From Candidatus Hadarchaeota archaeon (GTDB lineage Archaea; Hadarchaeota; Hadarchaeia; Hadarchaeales; JAGGTB01), in the NCBI GenBank assembly GCA_964384105.1, contig CAYLJV010000001.1, positions 192,001 to 256,000 on the forward strand: DNA of 64,000 bases. Reading direction: 5' to 3'. Shown here one piece after another: positions 48,430 through 56,611 of the stretch; the first letter of the stretch is position 1, and each line of letters starts with the position of its first letter. Position numbers and translations under genes: made by a program. The notes beneath the pieces are model-generated. The model was not told the origin of the DNA. It searched no databases and was given only the letters and a program-made list of their open reading frames with translations.

Positions 48430-48834
48430 ATGCCAGCGGTTCCTAGGTTTTGGAGAAGGATACCAAATCGGTATAATCTTATAGGTACGAAATGCAAGAA
48501 GTGTGATTCTGTATTTTTCCCACCTCGTAGCGTTTGTCCAGAGTGTAGAAGTGTTGGAAAATTAGAATCTTTCGACCTTAAGGGAACTGGAACTGTTGTT
48601 TCTTATACAGTGGTTAGAGTGCCTCCGGAAGGTTTTGAAAATGAGGCGCCATATAATCTAGCTATAGTAGAGTTGGATGAGGGACCAAGGATTACTGGTC
48701 AAATTACGGACTCTAAACCTGGCGAGGTCGGGATTGGAGATCGAGTTGAAGCAATATTTAGAAAGATAGGAGAAGATGGATCTAGGGGTATAATTCATTA
48801 TGGGTATAAGTTTAGGCTTATAAACTGTAAATAG
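48430..48834 (+). CDS. DUF35 Zn-ribbon/OB-fold scaffold protein
   Basis: CKKC..FFPPRSVCPEC, IHYGYKF; completes the thiolase/HMGS complex cluster. Confidence 0.93.
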   Translation: MPAVPRFWRRIPNRYNLIGTKCKKCDSVFFPPRSVCPECRSVGKLESFDLKGTGTVVSYTVVRVPPEGFENEAPYNLAIVELDEGPRITGQITDSKPGEVGIGDRVEAIFRKIGEDGSRGIIHYGYKFRLINCK

Positions 48835-48947
48835 CGGTTCTTCTTAGTAATCATGTATCTGGTATTTTTTCTAATTTTATTTATAAGATATGCTAACTTT
48901 TTCTAAAAATTAAATAAGTCTTTGTTGTTTTACTACTGTGGGTTTAG

Positions 48948-49862
48948 ATGAATATTTCATGGCCTCTCGAAAACTTATCGAACAAGCATTTGATTATCAT
49001 ACCCCTATTGTTGGCTGCTATCTTTGGTTCAGTTGTTGCATATAATTGGCAGTCTACTGGTAATCCTGTACCACTGAGTCTCGAATTCGCTGGTGGTAGC
49101 TATATTAGGATTGACGGAGTCGGACAGCTAAGCGATGTAGAAGTAAATGAGATTAGTGTTGCGTTCCAAAGTGAATTTAACAGTGATCCGCCTGACGTTA
49201 GAGCTGTGGATGATAGTATTGAGATAGAAACTTCTGTGGATTTGATTACAGCTAATGAAAATCAGATTGCAGAGACTAGAATTAGGGATCTACTGGCCGG
49301 GGCGGGTGTTGAGGGGGACCTAGACATTAGAATCACATCAATGGGGTCCATAATAACCGAATTGTACAAAAATCAAGCAAGGAATGCTGCTATAGCAGCA
49401 CTTGTCGTTATGGCTGTGATATTGTTCATTGCATTGCGGAATTATGTGACTGTAGGAGGGATACTACTCGTAGTTGGTTTGGATTTTGTTGGTATTTTGG
49501 GTGGCATGACTTTATTGAATATACCTTTGAGTCTTGCTTCTATGGCTGGCATACTTTTGATTTTTGGGTATGCTGTGAATACGAACATCCTTCTAAGCAC
49601 GAATATCGTTAAGAGGAAGGGAGGGACGGCTCGAGAAAGGGCTTCTAGAGCGATGTCTACAGGAATAAAGATGAGTACAACTTCTGCAGCGGCGATGATC
49701 GTCTTGAATATAGCTACAACTGCTCCAGAGTTGGATCAAATTTCAGCTGTTTTGGCAATAGGTATATTGGTAGATATGGTGAATACATGGCTATTAAATT
49801 CAGGACTGATCTTGAGAAGTTATGAGGAAGAAGGAGGAGGAAAGTATCATGCCAGGATTTAG
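48948..49862 (+). CDS. secF: Protein translocase subunit SecF
   Basis: LEFAGGS motif, six-TM layout, NTWLLN; adjacent to secD. Confidence 0.9.
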   Translation: MNISWPLENLSNKHLIIIPLLLAAIFGSVVAYNWQSTGNPVPLSLEFAGGSYIRIDGVGQLSDVEVNEISVAFQSEFNSDPPDVRAVDDSIEIETSVDLITANENQIAETRIRDLLAGAGVEGDLDIRITSMGSIITELYKNQARNAAIAALVVMAVILFIALRNYVTVGGILLVVGLDFVGILGGMTLLNIPLSLASMAGILLIFGYAVNTNILLSTNIVKRKGGTARERASRAMSTGIKMSTTSAAAMIVLNIATTAPELDQISAVLAIGILVDMVNTWLLNSGLILRSYEEEGGGKYHARI

Positions 49863-51744
49863 GGATAGAAGGATAGGGTTGTTGATTCTTGCTTTATTGG
49901 TCGCGAGTATTTTCATTGCCTCACCTTGGAAGGAACCCCAGCCTGAAGGAGCCCCGTTATCTGAGGTAGTTAAAGGGCCTAATTGGGGGATTGACATAAC
50001 TGGTGGCTCTAGGATAATGTTGAGATTGGAAGCTACGCAAGCTACTATCCGCCTTTCAGATGATTCATCAGACGATTTAGATGAATTTGTAAGTAGGTTT
50101 AGTGAAAATTTGGAAGTTCCTGTGAATGCTATTGGATATGAGAACGAAGATGTGGAATCGGTTATTACTATAGAAATTGGACGATACGTCTCTGAGAGTC
50201 GCATTATCTCTATGTTGAAGGAAGGAGAGCAGTTGCTGGAGGTAAAACAAGCTGTCTCGCAGGCCACCCAGGATCAAGTAAAGAACTCTCTTGAGATGAG
50301 GGTGGATCCATACGGGACACTAGGTGCTCAGTTTAAACCACTGGGGGAAAGAAACCAATATCTCCAATTTGAGGTTGCCTTGGATCTAGAAAGGGCAAAA
50401 ACTCTTCTAGGAAAGGAGGGTTTACCCGAGGTTTTTGTGGATAACTACAGAACAGTTTGGAGTGAACACATACGGAATGTTTCTAGAGGAACCGGTCCGA
50501 ATGGCGAGTGGCAGGTATCATTTACCCTTACTGAGGAAGGTAAGGAGAGATTTGCGGATTATACTGGGAGAATGAGTGGGATTCCAGATAAGAGAGGCCA
50601 TCCAGGAGTTATATATTTAGATAGACCTTCAGATTCAGTCTTATTATTTAAACAGGACTTAGAAGAGGGAATAGGACAGGAAGCCCCTCAGCTGGGGTTA
50701 GAAGCCGCCGAATATTTCGAGAATATTTACAGGTTTAGATACATGACTGCGGACCGTCCTGAGACTACCCTAGATGAAGGTCATTGGTTTTACCTTCAAG
50801 TCCCAGCAGTCAAGGTAGATGAAGACGGTTTGGACCCATCATCTGAAAGTTACATTTCTTCTTTGAGTAAAAGTGGAGAGTTGAACCAAGCTATTCTACT
50901 AGGTAGAAAGGATTCATTCCCAAATATCCAGGATGATAGTTTAGTTATCGATGATGAGGTCGTTTTACCTGCAGAGAACGTAACTAGGATGGAAACGGAG
51001 AGGTATATAGATTGGTTAAATCGGGTTATTGGGTTAGAATCTTGGCCCACTCTTCAGCCTTCTATTACAGCCAATGTTGAGAATTTAGAAAGAGGTCTTA
51101 GAATAACTACTGGTACAGGTGAAGATGCGAGAGAAAGAGCTGAATCTTTGAGGATCATACTTTCTCAGAGACTCCCAGTAACTGTAACTCATATCAGTGA
51201 GGAGGATATCGGGGGCAGATTAGGAGAAGGATTCGTAAGACAAGCAGCTTTTGCAGGTATAGTGGCCTTCATCGTAGTTGGTATATTGATCTTTAGTTTT
51301 TATCGAAAGTTTAAGATAGTTATTCCGCTGTTGTTTACGATGGCATGTGAGGTTATAATCACTCTCGGAGCTGCTTCTGCTGTTCCAGATGGTCTTATGT
51401 CAATAGGACTTCCGGGAATTGGAGGACTGATTGCAGTTGTAGGCACAGGAGTCGATCATCAGATCATAATTACGGATGAAGTTCTTGGAAAGAAATTTTC
51501 TGATGCTAAAAGATTACCTATAGATCGACGTACTGGTAGAGCTTTTTCTGTCATATTTGCGGCTGCGGCTACTACAGTAGCTGCAATGGTTGCATTGGCG
51601 GCCTTTGGTTTTGGAGCGATGAGGGGTTTTGCAATAGTTACCCTTTTCGGTGTTCTAATAAGTGTGCTAGTTACTCGCCCTGCTTACGCTAAGATCGTCG
51701 GGATTTTATTGGAAAGGGAACAGGAAAGTAAAGAGGGTAGATAG
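49849..51744 (+). CDS. secD: Protein translocase subunit SecD
   Basis: GIDITGGS, RVDPYG, GTGVDHQIIITDE, GFAIVT..GV, TRPAY. Confidence 0.92.
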   Translation: MPGFRDRRIGLLILALLVASIFIASPWKEPQPEGAPLSEVVKGPNWGIDITGGSRIMLRLEATQATIRLSDDSSDDLDEFVSRFSENLEVPVNAIGYENEDVESVITIEIGRYVSESRIISMLKEGEQLLEVKQAVSQATQDQVKNSLEMRVDPYGTLGAQFKPLGERNQYLQFEVALDLERAKTLLGKEGLPEVFVDNYRTVWSEHIRNVSRGTGPNGEWQVSFTLTEEGKERFADYTGRMSGIPDKRGHPGVIYLDRPSDSVLLFKQDLEEGIGQEAPQLGLEAAEYFENIYRFRYMTADRPETTLDEGHWFYLQVPAVKVDEDGLDPSSESYISSLSKSGELNQAILLGRKDSFPNIQDDSLVIDDEVVLPAENVTRMETERYIDWLNRVIGLESWPTLQPSITANVENLERGLRITTGTGEDARERAESLRIILSQRLPVTVTHISEEDIGGRLGEGFVRQAAFAGIVAFIVVGILIFSFYRKFKIVIPLLFTMACEVIITLGAASAVPDGLMSIGLPGIGGLIAVVGTGVDHQIIITDEVLGKKFSDAKRLPIDRRTGRAFSVIFAAAATTVAAMVALAAFGFGAMRGFAIVTLFGVLISVLVTRPAYAKIVGILLEREQESKEGR

Positions 51745-51823
51745 TGAACTTAATTTTTCTTGTCAGAGGAGAATGATCTATTAATACTTTCGAGTTTATA
51801 AAATCACGAGGAATTAGCAGGTT

Positions 51824-52687
51824 ATGAAAAAATCTAAGGTAAAATCTAATGGGCCTATGCCTGACTGGGGCGTTGCCATACTCGGCTGTGGTTCTATTGG
51901 GGGTATACTGGCAAATGCGATAGACAGAGGTAATGCCGGGAAGACTAATTTGATAACTCTTTTTGATTCCAGTTTTAAAAAAGCTGAAGAATTGTCTGAA
52001 AGACTGTCAAGCAGTCCTTCTATCTCAAAGAGTATACAGGAAGTTATTGAGAACCGGGAGGTAGATATTGTCGTAGAGGCAGCATCTCAAAAAGCTGTAC
52101 GTGATTATGCTGTTGACATACTGAGATCCGATAAAGATGTTATTGTTTTGAGTGTGGGGGCATTTGCAGATAAAAAATTACTAGACGAGGTTAGAGATGT
52201 TGCAGAAAAGAGAGGAAGAAGAATTTGTATTCCCTCTGGTGCTATTTTGGGCCTTGATGGGGTGCAGGCTGCGGGAATAGCTGATATCGAGGAGGTTTCT
52301 TTAACTACTAGAAAACCACCTAAAACACTCTCTACTACAAAGTTTGTAAAAGAAAGAAATATTGACATTTCAAGTTTGGAGAAGCCAAAGGTAATATTTG
52401 AGGGGGTTGCGAGTGAAGCCGTTGAACAATTTCCCGAGAGTGTTAACGTAGCTGCTTCTTTGAGTCTAGCTGGGATAGGATTCAAAAAAACCAAAGTTAA
52501 GATAATAGCGGATCCATCTCTAAGTCAAAATTTTCATGAGATAAGAGTTAAAGGAGAAGCAGGTGAGTTTGAGACAAAAGCTCACGATTTTCCCTCTCCC
52601 GAAAATCCAAAAACTAGCTATCTAGCTGCTTTGTCTACTATTAGGACGCTTAGTAATCTTACGGGGTCATTCTTGATAGGAATTTAA
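51824..52687 (+). CDS. nadX: L-aspartate dehydrogenase
   Basis: GCGSIG, VEAAS, PSGAI.GLD, TTRKPP, NPKTS; upstream of nadA/nadC. Confidence 0.94.
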   Translation: MKKSKVKSNGPMPDWGVAILGCGSIGGILANAIDRGNAGKTNLITLFDSSFKKAEELSERLSSSPSISKSIQEVIENREVDIVVEAASQKAVRDYAVDILRSDKDVIVLSVGAFADKKLLDEVRDVAEKRGRRICIPSGAILGLDGVQAAGIADIEEVSLTTRKPPKTLSTTKFVKERNIDISSLEKPKVIFEGVASEAVEQFPESVNVAASLSLAGIGFKKTKVKIIADPSLSQNFHEIRVKGEAGEFETKAHDFPSPENPKTSYLAALSTIRTLSNLTGSFLIGI

Positions 52688-52726
52688 TTTTTTAGTTAGC
52701 TAACTAAAGTTATTGTGGTTGTAAAA

Positions 52727-53641
52727 ATGAAAAAAGAAGAACTATCTCGAAAGATTTCAGAACTGAAAGAGCAAAAAAATGCGATTTTGCTTGCTCATAA
52801 CTATCAAATTCCAGAAATTCAGCTTCAGGCAGATTTTTTGGGGGACTCTTTAGGACTTGCAAAAAAATCTTCTGAAGTAGATGCTGATATAATAGTTTTT
52901 GCAGGAGTAGATTTTATGGCCGAGACTGCTGCTATACTAAATCCAGAAAAAAAGGTTTTGATACCAGATAGAGGAGCAAGATGTCCTATGGCTGGGATGC
53001 TACCAGTTAGTGAGGTTAGGAATGCTAAGAAAAAGTATCCTAATGCTGCAGTAGTTTTGTACGTTAATACTCTTGCGGAAGCCAGAGCGGAAGCCGATGT
53101 AACTTGTACATCTGCAAACTCAGTAAAAGTGGTTAACGCTCTCGAAGAGGATCAAATTTTGTTTGGACCAGATCAAAATCTTGCGTGGCACGTTGCCCAG
53201 AATACGGAGAAAGAAATAATACCGATTCCAGAGGAGGGGCACTGTTATGTTCACAGAAAGTTTTCTGTTGAGGATATTGAATTATTGAGGGAGAAGCATC
53301 CTAATGCGGAGGTGCTTGTACATCCAGAAGCTGCTCCGGAGGTTCAAACTCATTCTGATTATATTTGTAGTACCAGCCAGATGCTGGAGCGAGCAGAGAA
53401 GTCTGAAAGTGAAGAGTTTATTATAACTACCGAAATTGGTTTAGTACACAGATTGAGAAGAGAATATCCTAACAAAAAATTTTATCCTGTTTTGGACGAG
53501 GCTATTTGCAAAGAAATGAAAAAACATACCTTAAAAAAAGTGTACCGCTCTCTCAGAGAAGAGAAATTTGTAGTTGAAGTTCCGAGCCAGATAGCGAAAA
53601 GGGCTAAAAAAGCTACCGAAAGAATGCTGGAACTTTCTTGA
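52727..53641 (+). CDS. nadA: Quinolinate synthase
   Basis: AHNYQ, GDSLGL, FMAE, CPMA, YVNT, CTSAN, CYVH, HPE. Confidence 0.96.
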   Translation: MKKEELSRKISELKEQKNAILLAHNYQIPEIQLQADFLGDSLGLAKKSSEVDADIIVFAGVDFMAETAAILNPEKKVLIPDRGARCPMAGMLPVSEVRNAKKKYPNAAVVLYVNTLAEARAEADVTCTSANSVKVVNALEEDQILFGPDQNLAWHVAQNTEKEIIPIPEEGHCYVHRKFSVEDIELLREKHPNAEVLVHPEAAPEVQTHSDYICSTSQMLERAEKSESEEFIITTEIGLVHRLRREYPNKKFYPVLDEAICKEMKKHTLKKVYRSLREEKFVVEVPSQIAKRAKKATERMLELS

Positions 53642-53650
53642 GATGGTTAG

Positions 53651-54502
53651 ATGATAGATAAAGAGACTAAGGACGATATCCATAGGATGATGCAGGAAGA
53701 CCTTGGATGGGGAGATGTGACTAGCGAATCGGTGGTTTCCGATAATACAAAAGCGAAAGCTAAGATAATTGCAGGAGAGTCGGGATATCTGGCCGGTGTA
53801 CAAGAGACGGTGGCTATTTTCAAAGAGCTAAAAGTGGATGCACTGCCAAATAAAGTGGATGGCGAAAAATTTGGGAAAAGTGAGGTTTTGTTAGAAGTTC
53901 AGGGACCTGCCAAAGGTATACTTGCAGCAGAGCGTGTTGCTTTGAATCTTTTATCGAGAATGAGTGGTATTGCTACAGCGACTCGAGAGCTAATAGATAA
54001 AGTAAATGAGGTTAATTCGGAAGTGGAAATTGCTGCAACGAGGAAGACTGCCCCCCTGTTAAGAAAATTTGATAAAAAGGCGGTTGAAGCAGTTGGGGGT
54101 GAACCTCATAGATACCATCTCGGAGATTTCGTATTGATAAAAGATAATCATCTGAAGCTGGTTGATTCCATTGAGGAAGCGGTTAAAAAAGCTAAAAAAA
54201 GTGGTCTTTCTGATAAGATTGAAGTAGAAGTTGTAAATGAAGAGGAGGCTTTAATCGCTGCCAAAGCAGGAGCAGACATAGTAATGTTAGATAATTTTGA
54301 CCCCGAACGAGCTAAAAATGCGGTAAAGACTCTGGAAAAAGCGGGTTTAAGAGATAAAGTTTTACTCGAGGCTTCAGGTGGAATAGATTCTTCGAATGTG
54401 CGAGACTATGCGGAAGCTGGTGTTGATGTTATCTCTTCAAGTTATATGACTATGAAATCTCCTGCTCTTGATATAAAATTAGAGATTTCGGAAAAATTAT
54501 GA
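53651..54502 (+). CDS. nadC: Nicotinate-nucleotide pyrophosphorylase
   Basis: AERVALN, SGIAT, TRKT, LIKDNH, IEVEV, MLDN, EASGG. Confidence 0.96.
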   Translation: MIDKETKDDIHRMMQEDLGWGDVTSESVVSDNTKAKAKIIAGESGYLAGVQETVAIFKELKVDALPNKVDGEKFGKSEVLLEVQGPAKGILAAERVALNLLSRMSGIATATRELIDKVNEVNSEVEIAATRKTAPLLRKFDKKAVEAVGGEPHRYHLGDFVLIKDNHLKLVDSIEEAVKKAKKSGLSDKIEVEVVNEEEALIAAKAGADIVMLDNFDPERAKNAVKTLEKAGLRDKVLLEASGGIDSSNVRDYAEAGVDVISSSYMTMKSPALDIKLEISEKL

Positions 54503-54505
54503 GTC

Positions 54506-55639
54506 TCATTTGCTATCGTTAGTATTTTGTTTCGTGAAGTGTCTCAGTCTTTTTATTGCTTTTATTTTTTCTTTTTTTCCGATCTCTGCTCCATCTATTG
54601 CATTTCTAAGAGTTTTATTGGCTTCGTCCATTGCTTTCTTATTCACTGGATAGGGTACTCCGTCTTTTCCCCCAAATGCGAAAGAAAATCTAGCTGGGTC
54701 TTTTTTGCTCACTGGTTCATCGTAGATTAGCTCTGATATTAGTGCTAGCCCTCTTATTGTGGCGGGTCCAATTCCTTTCGTACCTATAAACTCTTCATAA
54801 TTTTTTGGTTGGAGTTCGTAGGTTCTTTCTAGAGCTTTCCAGTTCATTCTCTTTGGTAGGTCTAAAAAAGGAATTTTCGATTTTTTACTCTTTGATTCGG
54901 GAATCCATTCATTCAAGGTTTTTTGATTTTTTGGAGTGAGGGCTTGAAAGTCTTTTTTTATTGTTTTTGGCCCTTCTTTAGCTAGATCGGTTGAAGTTTT
55001 CCTGCATTTTTTGCTTTCTTTTGCAGTCATATCAAGGATGTGCTCCTCTGGTTTTTCTGCTATAATACCTTCATGAGGCTCTTTAACGAAACTCTTTACC
55101 TCTTTTGATAGCCAATGGTATCGTCTGGCAATTTTTCTCTTAGTGTTCATTCCCTGTTGTATCACTGTCCATTCGCCATCTCTTGAACAGAAAAATGCGT
55201 GATGATAGAGGGGGGCTCCGGCTTGAATAGCAGAATTGTCTACTTTCGCACTCATCCGGCTCGAATTTTTTAGATCATATATTATACCATCTTGAAATTC
55301 AAAGTCTTTAGAGAGTTCTTCTATCTCTTTAGGGGTTTTAAGGGAAGCTTTTCCTTTTCCTCCTGCTACGAATATTCCGATTTCTCTGGGGTCGATTGCT
55401 TCTTTCAAGACACCTGTAGTTACTGTTGTAAGACCTGAGGAATGCCAGTCGTATCCGAGAACACACCCGAGGGCTTGAAACCAGTATGGGTCAGATAGTC
55501 TTTGAAGAAGTACATTTTGTCCGTATTCATCTACTATTAATTTAACAATAGGCTCTGCAAGCTCTATCATCCGGTCTACTAGCCAGGAGGGAGCCTTTCC
55601 ACCATGAAGGGGTAAGTTAGATATTCCGGTTCTTTTCAT
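54506..55639 (-). CDS. DUF763 family protein
   Basis: LPLHGGKAP.WL, DWHSSGLTT, SAKVD, QQGM, RRYHW, FAFGGKDGVPYPV. Confidence 0.92.
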   Translation of the reverse strand: MKRTGISNLPLHGGKAPSWLVDRMIELAEPIVKLIVDEYGQNVLLQRLSDPYWFQALGCVLGYDWHSSGLTTVTTGVLKEAIDPREIGIFVAGGKGKASLKTPKEIEELSKDFEFQDGIIYDLKNSSRMSAKVDNSAIQAGAPLYHHAFFCSRDGEWTVIQQGMNTKRKIARRYHWLSKEVKSFVKEPHEGIIAEKPEEHILDMTAKESKKCRKTSTDLAKEGPKTIKKDFQALTPKNQKTLNEWIPESKSKKSKIPFLDLPKRMNWKALERTYELQPKNYEEFIGTKGIGPATIRGLALISELIYDEPVSKKDPARFSFAFGGKDGVPYPVNKKAMDEANKTLRNAIDGAEIGKKEKIKAIKRLRHFTKQNTNDSK

Positions 55640-55738
55640 GGTATCTCATTATGAATATTTTTAGGATAGGGGTTAACTTTTTTCACTAGAGAGAGCGGAA
55701 AACATTAAAAGATATTACTGTTGCAGAAGATAGTAAGA

Positions 55739-55815
55739 CCCGCGGTAGCTCAATCTGGCAGAGCGGTCGGCTGTAGACCGACTGGTTGCCCGTTCAAGTC
55801 GGGCCCGCGGGACCA
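55739..55815 (+). tRNA. tRNA-Tyr(GTA), intronless, CCA encoded
   Basis: CCCGCGG acceptor (archaeal C1:G72), gtcgg-ctGTAga-ccgac, GTTCAAGTC, A-CCA. Confidence 0.96.
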
Positions 55816-55913
55816 TTATTTTTAGTTTCATATTTTGGTGAATTTAGCAAATGAAGACATTTTTCTCCGGTTTTAGAAACAAACTTTTTAACTGAATTTA
55901 TCTCTCAATATCT

Positions 55914-56038
55914 TGGCTGGCGGTCACAGCGGCGGGGTAACACCCGGACCCATTCCGAACCCGGAAGTAAAGCTCGCCAGCGATCCGGACAGTACTCTGG
56001 TGCGAGAGCCCAGGGGAACTCCGGGACGCTGCCAGCCA
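55914..56038 (+). rRNA. rrf: 5S rRNA
   Basis: Terminal helix tggctggc/gccagcca; conserved cacccggacccattccgaacccggaagtaaagc. Confidence 0.95.
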
Positions 56039-56084
56039 TTTTTAACAAAACAATTAATATCTTTGCAGAGATATTTAGAGAACG

Positions 56085-56157
56085 GCCCTGGTAGTGTAGT
56101 GGACGATCATGTGGCCCTGTCGAGGCCATGACCCGGGTTCGAATCCCGGCCGGGGCG
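56085..56157 (+). tRNA. tRNA-Asp(GTC)
   Basis: GCCCTGG/CCGGGGC acceptor, ggcc-ctGTCga-ggcc, GTTCGAATC. Confidence 0.95.
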
Positions 56158-56257
56158 CCTCTACCAGATTAGGGGAAAGCTTTAAATTAATAAGATAGAA
56201 TTTTAAAAAGCAAAAAACTAAAATAGTAATGGCGGTTTTAGAACATTCATGTTCGAA

Positions 56258-56332
56258 GGGCCCGTGGCGCAGTCTGGCTAGCGCATCGGCCTTTTAAGCC
56301 GGTTGTCGCGGGTTCAAATCCCGCCGGGCCCG
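56258..56332 (+). tRNA. tRNA-Lys(TTT)
   Basis: GGGCCCG/CGGGCCC acceptor, tcggc-ctTTTaa-gccgg, GTTCAAATC. Confidence 0.95.
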
Positions 56333-56358
56333 CTAAGGAGCGCCTTTGAGGTAATATT

Positions 56359-56601
56359 GTGACAAAGAAGAAAGGTTTTGACGTAACGGAGCATAAGCTT
56401 GTCCCTGAGCATACGATATTGTCAGATGAAGAGTCTCAGGAATTGTTGAATAAGTATGATATAGAAGCTCATCAGCTCCCTAAGATTAGCTCTAAAGATC
56501 CGGTAGCAAAAGCTATTGGTGCAGAGACGGGGCAAATTGTGAAGATTAATCGGGAGAGTCCTACGAAAGGTAAGGCTGTAGTTTATAGGTTTGTAATTTA
56601 G
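56359..56601 (+). CDS. rpoH: RNA polymerase subunit H (Rpo5)
   Basis: HKLVPEH, QLPKI...DPV, RESPT.G..YR.V. Confidence 0.97.
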   Translation: MTKKKGFDVTEHKLVPEHTILSDEESQELLNKYDIEAHQLPKISSKDPVAKAIGAETGQIVKINRESPTKGKAVVYRFVI

Positions 56602-56611
56602 GTGTATATGT

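Noticed and set aside
50620-51040. Large insertion in the SecD extracytoplasmic domain as an intein or novel domain
   Set aside because: No intein terminal motifs; similar expansions are, to my recollection, present in other euryarchaeal SecD proteins.
55905-56131. Two short ORFs in the track
   Set aside because: They overlap the 5S rRNA and tRNA-Asp and are spurious.
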